From Blastocatellia bacterium (GTDB lineage: Bacteria; Acidobacteriota; Blastocatellia; UBA7656), in the NCBI GenBank assembly GCA_963765495.1, contig CAVXWP010000003.1:192001-256000 (forward strand): a DNA stretch of 64,000 nt, written 5' to 3'. Positions within the stretch are counted from its first letter, which is position 1. The number at the start of each line of letters is the position of its first letter. The position numbers were made by a program, and so were the translations under genes. The notes beneath the pieces were generated by a model that worked only from the letters and a program-made list of their open reading frames with translations, was not told the origin of the DNA and searched no databases. Below, one piece after another: positions 58,069 to 64,000 of this stretch.

Positions 58069-59009
58069 TACTCCGTTTCTCGAAGTCCCTTGAGGAGATT
58101 GGCAATCGTGGATTCGTGGACTCGCCTCCGGCAGGCGAGATCGCTGTTAGCATTGTGCGGCGCGAGCAAACAATTCTCCATACCTCGGAGCGGGCTGTCG
58201 GCGGGCAGTGGTTCGACCTCAAAAACATCAAGCGCAGCCCCGGCAATCCGACCCTCGTTTAACGCACAGACAAGCGAGGGCTCGTCAACTACGGAACCCC
58301 GCGCAGTGTTGATTAGGTAAGCCGAAGACCGCATCCTGTTCAGTTCGTCAGTGCCTATCAGATGATAGGAGGTGGGGTTGAGATCACAGTGCAGCGAGAC
58401 GAAATCGGACTCTTCAAGCAATACGGTTAGCGGCACGATACGAAGGTCGGTTTCTGCCAAAAACGACGCGGGCACCGGCACTGGATCGGTGCCGAGCACT
58501 CTCATCCCAAACGCCCGCGCGCGGCGCACCACAGCCTTGCCTATGTGTCCGACCCCTACAACACCGAGCGTGCGCTGTTTGAGCGAGAAGGCGTCGGGCT
58601 TTATCCATAAACCATTGCGGACATCCCTGTCCATCGACGGAAGCCTGCGTGCAAAGCAGAGGACATAGCCGAGCACGGTGTCGGCTACAGGATCGGTAAA
58701 GGCATTGGGCGTGTTGAATACCCGTATGCCAAGCTCTTCGGCCGCGCGGACATCAATGGAGTCAATCCCTGTGCCCCATTTCGAGATCACTTTGAGGTGG
58801 GATGCCGCGCGCAGGACGCGCTTTGAAAACTGGTCGTCGCCGCAGATCGCGCCGTCGAGCGCCCCGACTACGGCCAGGAGTTCCTCCTCGCTCATCCGTT
58901 CGCGCACCTGCGCACGGATGATCTCTACGCCTGTGGCCTCAAGAAGAGGGCGGAACTCTTCGAGGTCAGAAAGCAGATACGGCGCGCTGACGAGGACCCG
59001 CCATTTCAT
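58068..59009 (-). CDS. D-isomer 2-hydroxyacid (phosphoglycerate-like) dehydrogenase
   Basis: Motifs GTGIDSID, GVVGVGHIG, INTARG, AALDVFEVEP and LAPHNA. Confidence 0.92.
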   Translation of the reverse strand: MKWRVLVSAPYLLSDLEEFRPLLEATGVEIIRAQVRERMSEEELLAVVGALDGAICGDDQFSKRVLRAASHLKVISKWGTGIDSIDVRAAEELGIRVFNTPNAFTDPVADTVLGYVLCFARRLPSMDRDVRNGLWIKPDAFSLKQRTLGVVGVGHIGKAVVRRARAFGMRVLGTDPVPVPASFLAETDLRIVPLTVLLEESDFVSLHCDLNPTSYHLIGTDELNRMRSSAYLINTARGSVVDEPSLVCALNEGRIAGAALDVFEVEPLPADSPLRGMENCLLAPHNANSDLACRRRVHESTIANLLKGLRETE

Positions 59010-59785
59010 AAGCGCGCCTCCCGGTACTTTAGCAGGAGCGGGTCGTCCTTCATCAGGGATTCGACCAGGCGCAGGTCGTCCGGAGTATCCACAGCATGAG
59101 TGTCGGTCTCGGTCTCTACAAGCCGCACGCGAAAGCCGTGCTCTACGACGCGGAGCATGTCTACTGACTCTGCCCGTTCGAGAGGCGTCTGCGGGAGACG
59201 CGCAAACTCGCGAAGGAAGTCACGCCGGAAGGGAATCACGCACACCTGCTTGAATACCGGCGGGCATTCGGCGCTTGCGAAGTCAATCGCAGGAATGGGG
59301 GACCGCGAGAAGTAGAGGGCGTCCCCCCGGAGATTCATCACGACCTTGATAGTATTGCGGTCGGTATACTCCTGGTGATTAACGATCCGTCGCGCCAGAT
59401 TCACACACTCTACGGACGGGTCGCGCAACATGGGGCTCACCCCGGCTTCGATCATGTCAGGGGTAATCATAGGTTCATCTCCCTGGATCATCACTACGAC
59501 ATCAGCCTCAAGGCGCTCGGCAGCCTCGGCGGCACGGTCGCTTGCACGTTCGTGCAAATCCGATGTCATGATGACTTTGCCGCCGAACCCTTCGACGAGC
59601 GTTCGGATTTCCTCATCGCACGTAGCGACATAAACCGCGTCGAGTCGGTCAAACATCGCGGCGCGGTAAACGACGTGTTCGATCATTGGTCGCCCGGCAA
59701 TGCGGGCTAGGGGTTTGCCCGGAAAACGAGACGACCTCATCCGCGCCGGGATCACAGCGACTATTCTGGTCATGTCCCTCCTCAT
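59006..59785 (-). CDS. kdsB: 3-deoxy-manno-octulosonate cytidylyltransferase-like protein
   Basis: Motifs VIPARMRSSRFPGKPLA, QGDEP, ALYFSRSPIP, LE.AES and VDTPDDL. Confidence 0.8.
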   Translation of the reverse strand: MRRDMTRIVAVIPARMRSSRFPGKPLARIAGRPMIEHVVYRAAMFDRLDAVYVATCDEEIRTLVEGFGGKVIMTSDLHERASDRAAEAAERLEADVVVMIQGDEPMITPDMIEAGVSPMLRDPSVECVNLARRIVNHQEYTDRNTIKVVMNLRGDALYFSRSPIPAIDFASAECPPVFKQVCVIPFRRDFLREFARLPQTPLERAESVDMLRVVEHGFRVRLVETETDTHAVDTPDDLRLVESLMKDDPLLLKYREARL

Positions 59786-59814
59786 CTTCCCGAATCGGTG
59801 AAGAGCAAGAAAAC

Positions 59815-59884
59815 TTAGACAGGATTCAAGAAGATTAAAAAAGAATCTTGTTTAATCCAATCTAATCCTGTTAATCCCGTCTAA
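59815..59884. repeat. Imperfect palindrome with ~9-bp periodicity between divergent genes
   Basis: TTAGACAGGATTCAAGAAGATT...AATCCTGTTAATCCCGTCTAA. Confidence 0.6.
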
Positions 59885-59966
59885 AAAATTCAACCCTTCA
59901 CATACACTTTCATCTGTACCAGTCTCTTGCGGTATGATTTAGAGTCACTAAATCGAGGTTGAAATC

Positions 59967-60503
59967 ATGAAGAAGACAGAGATCAATCCAATCCCGCCGA
60001 ATTTTGAAAAGTATATCAATCTTGTCGCCGATGTTGAGTTGGAGCAAGCTTTTGATGAAAGTCTCCGGCAGTTGGATGAAATTGATCGGAGCCTGCTTAA
60101 CAGCTTGCAAGACAAAACCTGCGCGCCCGACAAGTGGACAATCAAAGAGACGCTGCTGCATCTGGCCGACTCCGACAGAATTATGTCTTATCAAGCCCTG
60201 ATGCTGGCGCGGCGGGACGACACTGTTTTGCCGGGTTATAATCAGGTACTGCACGTGCAAACGGGCAAGGCCGAAAGCCGGGCGATTGATGACTTGATCG
60301 AGGAGATAAGAGTCGCTCGTAAGGCTACGAAATCTATGTTCAGCGCATTTGACGACGAGATGCTTCTCAGCAAAGCGATCAGATGGAAGTATGAAATTTC
60401 GGCTCTGGCTATGGGCTTCACTATTATCGGTCATCAGATCCATCATCTGAAGATCATCGAGGATGAGTACTATCCGCTGCTTGGAAACGGCAAAAATTTA
60501 TGA
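59967..60503 (+). CDS. DinB family protein
   Basis: Motifs APDKWTIKETLLHLADSDRI, LPGYNQ and IIGHQIHH. Confidence 0.9.
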   Translation: MKKTEINPIPPNFEKYINLVADVELEQAFDESLRQLDEIDRSLLNSLQDKTCAPDKWTIKETLLHLADSDRIMSYQALMLARRDDTVLPGYNQVLHVQTGKAESRAIDDLIEEIRVARKATKSMFSAFDDEMLLSKAIRWKYEISALAMGFTIIGHQIHHLKIIEDEYYPLLGNGKNL

Positions 60504-61162
60504 GCAAAGTTCTGCAACCCACGAATAAAACGAAACTCCGCCGACTTCCCAAACGAGGACATTACGAGCGGGAAATCATTTATGAGATTCTCGACGAAGC
60601 TTTTATCTGCCACGTCGGGTTCATCGTCAACGAGCAGCCGTTTGTCATTCCGACAGGGTTTGCCCGCAACGGCGACCGCCTGCTGATTCACGGCTCGGCG
60701 GCAAGCCGGATGATGCGTTCGCTGGCAGCGGAAATCGACGTATGTGTTACCGTCACCTTGATAGACGGAATCGTGCTGGCGCGTTCGGCCTTTCATCATT
60801 CGATGAATTACCGTTCGGTCGTAATCTTTGGCAAGGCGAAAATCATCGCCGATCCAGCGGAAAAAATAGAAGCCTTGAAAGCCCTGACCGAACATATCGT
60901 TCCACACCGCTGGGAGGATGTGCGCCCGCCGAGCGCGCAAGAACTCAAGATGACAACCGTTTTATCGCTGGCGTTGGACGAAGCCTCGGCAAAAATCCGC
61001 ACGGGCGATCCGGTTGACGACGAAGAGGATTATGCGTTGAATGTCTGGGCCGGAGTGTTGCCGATAGGATTGAGAGTCGGAGAACCGACTCCCGACGCCA
61101 GACAAAAAGAAGGAATTTCGATCCCTTCTTATATTTCCGCTTACAAACGAAACCGAGACTGA
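60500..61162 (+). CDS. Pyridoxamine 5'-phosphate oxidase / NimA-like flavin-binding protein
   Basis: Motifs ILDEAFICHVGF, PFVIPT, HGS, LARSAFHHSMNYRSVV and WAGVLP. Confidence 0.92.
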   Translation: MSKVLQPTNKTKLRRLPKRGHYEREIIYEILDEAFICHVGFIVNEQPFVIPTGFARNGDRLLIHGSAASRMMRSLAAEIDVCVTVTLIDGIVLARSAFHHSMNYRSVVIFGKAKIIADPAEKIEALKALTEHIVPHRWEDVRPPSAQELKMTTVLSLALDEASAKIRTGDPVDDEEDYALNVWAGVLPIGLRVGEPTPDARQKEGISIPSYISAYKRNRD

Positions 61163-61349
61163 ATCTATAAGCATTTCCAAAAGACTGGCAGATCAATTTA
61201 TACTCGCGGAGGTGTGACGCATCCACCGTTTGCCTGATAAAGAGATTTTTTTACTCCGACTCGGAGAATATCGCGGGCATTGAGTGGCGTCAGAAGAAGA
61301 CTTCTTCGTATATTTACCATTGGCGCATCTTAGGCAATGTGGAGGGAAA

Positions 61350-61820
61350 ATGAAAACCACACTACTTTGTTTAATCCTGAGCTTTGCTTTGTCCGGCTCC
61401 GTGTCGGCTCAAGATAAGCTTTCCTATATGCCGAATCCGACATTGACTCCCGGCGACGCTCTCGATCTTACTAAGGTCGATTTATGTGGGCCCAAAAAAG
61501 CAAACCTCGAAGATCGGATCGGAATCACGGTGAAGAGTCAGGTCTTCGACAGATACGACATGAGCCCCTACGCGGTCGGGTTAAATGTGGATCACCTGAT
61601 ACCGATAGGTCTGGGAGGGTCGAATTCTTTAAAGAACCTGTGGCCCCAGCCGCTCGCGGGTGAATGGAGCTACAACAGGAAAAACCAGCTTGAGCGCAAG
61701 CTGCATAAGATGGTTTGCAGCGGAGAGATTGAACTCAGGACGGCCCGGCAAGAGATAGCCGCCGACTGGGTGAGCGCCTATAAAAAGTATATGGGCGAGT
61801 CCGGGCAGACGCGGCGATGA
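61350..61820 (+). CDS. Secreted HNH-like protein
   Basis: Signal peptide MKTTLLCLILSFALSGSVSA; PNPTLTPG, VDHLIPIGLGGSNSLKNLWPQ, KNQLE. Confidence 0.8.
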   Translation: MKTTLLCLILSFALSGSVSAQDKLSYMPNPTLTPGDALDLTKVDLCGPKKANLEDRIGITVKSQVFDRYDMSPYAVGLNVDHLIPIGLGGSNSLKNLWPQPLAGEWSYNRKNQLERKLHKMVCSGEIELRTARQEIAADWVSAYKKYMGESGQTRR

Positions 61821-61846
61821 CCGACATCTATTTTCAGGTAGGGAAA

Positions 61847-64000
61847 ATGAATAAAAGATTCATTGTTTTTTTTGTGCTCCTCGCAGTGTTAAATCAGCCC
61901 GCGCTTCGGATCAGCAAGGCGCAAACGCAAAAAGATCAACAAGAGCTGACCATCAACGAGATGGAATACCTGGCTATGCCGGGTCTCAACGTGATGCTTG
62001 CGCACGACTTTTACCCCGAAAGCCATCAAGGCGGAGTGGGGATAATCCAAAACGGGCTGCGCGTAGCTACAAACGGCGACCTGCGGCTCGAACCCACGCC
62101 GGGGCAATGGCAGCCGGTCCCAAAAGTCGGGAAGAGGATGGTTGATCGCTCGAAGCAGGAGATCAGTGTGCGAATGTCGTATCCCGACCCGGAGAAGAAT
62201 CGAAAAGGGTTTAATCCCATTCTCTATCCCGATCTCAGTTTTAGCTATGTGGTCAAAATCAAGCCCGAGGGCCACTCTTTCAAGATCATAGTTGATCTCG
62301 ACCAGCCGCTGCCCGATGAGTGGATCGGAAGAGTAGGTTTCAATATAGAACTCTTTCCGGGAATCTTATTCGGAAAGTCTTATTACATGGATCAGCAGTC
62401 CGGTATTTTCCCCAGACAGGCCGATGGACCCGGCTACCGTGATCAGGATGGCCAGTACCAGATCACCTCGCTTGCCGCCGGGAAAAGGCTCGTCGTAGCG
62501 CCGGAGACCGAGCGCCAGACCATGAAGATTGAAAGCCTGAGCGGAGGCGAGTTGCAACTGATTGACGGTCGCGCCAGACACACAAATGGCTGGTTTGTCG
62601 TCAGGTCTCTGGTGCAAAAAGGCGCTGCCGCAAACGCCATCGAATGGCTGGTCTCCCCTCACGCAATCCCCGGGTGGAAATACCAGCCCGTCGTACAGGT
62701 CTCGCAGGTTGGCTATCATCCGAAACAGCAGAAGGTAGCTGTAATCGAAACCGACACGGCTGATGATAGAAGGCCACAGGTTTCGTTGTTACGGGTTTCG
62801 GAAAACGGCGGCTTTGAAAATGTTCTGGAGGCTGCGCCGAAAGAGTGGGGCAAGTTCTTAAGATATCGCTACTATCAATTCGATTTTACGAGCGTGGAAA
62901 ATCCCGGCATCTATATCGTCAGGTATGGCGACTATCAAACGGAGCCTTTTCAGATCAGCCCAGACGTTTACAAGCGTCACGTCTGGCAGCCCACGCTCGA
63001 ATACTTCCTGCCCGTGCAGATGTGTCATATGCGTGTCAATGACCGATACCGCGTCTGGCACGGAGCATGTCACATGGACGATGCGTTGATGGCTCCCATC
63101 AACTACAACCACTTTGACGGCTATCTGCAAGGCCCTTCTACTTTGACAAAATATCGGAGCGGCGCTCATGTTCCCGGGCTAAACGCGGGCGGCTGGCACG
63201 ACGCGGGAGACTTTGACCTGCGCGTCGAGTCTCAGTCTGAAACGATTCACGGGCTTTCGCTCGCTTACGAAGCATTCAACGTCAATTACGATAACACTAC
63301 GATAGATCAGCAAAACCGCGTTGTAGAGATTCAGCAACCCGATGGCAAACCCGACATCCTTCAGCAAATCGAGCACGGCGCTTTATCTATCGTCGGCGGA
63401 TACAAAGCGCTGGGAAGACTTTATCGCGGCATTATCGAGCCTACGAATCGGCAGTATGTTCATCTGGGAGACGCCTCTACGATCACAGACAATCAAGTCT
63501 TCGATCAAAAACTGGTAAAGGGCAAAGTCCCGCCGGTCGGACTGCCGGGCTCTGCCGATGACAGGCTGGTCTTTACGGAAGAGAATCCCGGCAGAGAGTT
63601 GCAGATAGCGGCGGGGCTTGCGGCGGCTTCGAGAGTGTTAAAGAAGTTCAATCCAGCACTCGCCGCAGAATGCTTACAGATTGCCGGGCAATTATGGGGT
63701 CGAACAAAAGAGAGAAACCCGCTTCAGCGCGTCGAGGCCGCAGTAGAGTTATTGATCGCAACTAAAGAGAAAAAATATTCCGATTTCCTTGTAGAACAGA
63801 CGGAAGCGATCAGCAAGAACATAGAGCGGACCGGCTGGGTGGTCGGGCGATCGTTGCCTTTTGTAAAGAACCAGAAGTACAGCGCCTCTCTCACAGAAGC
63901 AGTGAAGGCATATCGCTCAAGGGTTGACGAGCAGGGAAAGAAGACTCCCTATGGGGTTCCTTATGAGCCGAATATCTGGGGGGCCGGTTGGGGCATCCAG
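61847..64000 (+). CDS. Secreted glycoside hydrolase family 9 protein (3' partial)
   Basis: Absent from the ORF track because it runs off the window. Reads MNKRFIVFFVLLAV..., VSQVGYHPKQQK (Ig-like domain) and in-frame GGWHDAGDFD at 63188. Confidence 0.88.
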   Translation, partial: MNKRFIVFFVLLAVLNQPALRISKAQTQKDQQELTINEMEYLAMPGLNVMLAHDFYPESHQGGVGIIQNGLRVATNGDLRLEPTPGQWQPVPKVGKRMVDRSKQEISVRMSYPDPEKNRKGFNPILYPDLSFSYVVKIKPEGHSFKIIVDLDQPLPDEWIGRVGFNIELFPGILFGKSYYMDQQSGIFPRQADGPGYRDQDGQYQITSLAAGKRLVVAPETERQTMKIESLSGGELQLIDGRARHTNGWFVVRSLVQKGAAANAIEWLVSPHAIPGWKYQPVVQVSQVGYHPKQQKVAVIETDTADDRRPQVSLLRVSENGGFENVLEAAPKEWGKFLRYRYYQFDFTSVENPGIYIVRYGDYQTEPFQISPDVYKRHVWQPTLEYFLPVQMCHMRVNDRYRVWHGACHMDDALMAPINYNHFDGYLQGPSTLTKYRSGAHVPGLNAGGWHDAGDFDLRVESQSETIHGLSLAYEAFNVNYDNTTIDQQNRVVEIQQPDGKPDILQQIEHGALSIVGGYKALGRLYRGIIEPTNRQYVHLGDASTITDNQVFDQKLVKGKVPPVGLPGSADDRLVFTEENPGRELQIAAGLAAASRVLKKFNPALAAECLQIAGQLWGRTKERNPLQRVEAAVELLIATKEKKYSDFLVEQTEAISKNIERTGWVVGRSLPFVKNQKYSASLTEAVKAYRSRVDEQGKKTPYGVPYEPNIWGAGWGIQ

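Noticed and set aside
61889-63376. Minus-strand ORFs listed at the end of the window
   Set aside because: They lie antisense to the GH9 gene starting at 61847, which the track missed because it has no stop in the window.

Overview
Bacterial genomic window of moderately high GC; the gene content is suggestive of an Acidobacterium, but this is inference only. It has four blocks. (1) 1-11.1 kb is a low-oxygen/redox cluster: the 3' end of a c-type cytochrome, hemN, a hemerythrin, cydAB, a PAS hybrid kinase, two universal stress proteins and a sigma54 activator, with two sigma54 promoters sharing a 14-bp upstream motif. (2) 11.2-15.8 kb is a Dna2-like Fe-S nuclease/SF1 helicase bracketed by two 103-bp palindromic repeats. 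(3) 16.2-49.1 kb is a ~31-kb single-strand extracellular contractile injection system (eCIS, Afp/PVC-like). It has a sigma54 promoter with TGTAACA boxes, two sheaths, two tubes, a split VgrG, PAAR, baseplate genes, four paralogous fibre-like proteins, a frameshifted Afp14-like gene and an AAA+ ATPase. It ends with a 1463-aa putative toxin followed by a double-CxxC immunity-like gene and a convergent pseudo-receiver sigma54 activator. (4) 49.8-64 kb holds a TIR / membrane nSTAND1-TPR / hydrolase-TPR conflict-type cluster, a kdsB-like polysaccharide trio, DinB, a flavin-binding protein, a secreted HNH protein and a GH9 gene running off the window. All family calls come from motif recognition by eye; no searches were run.
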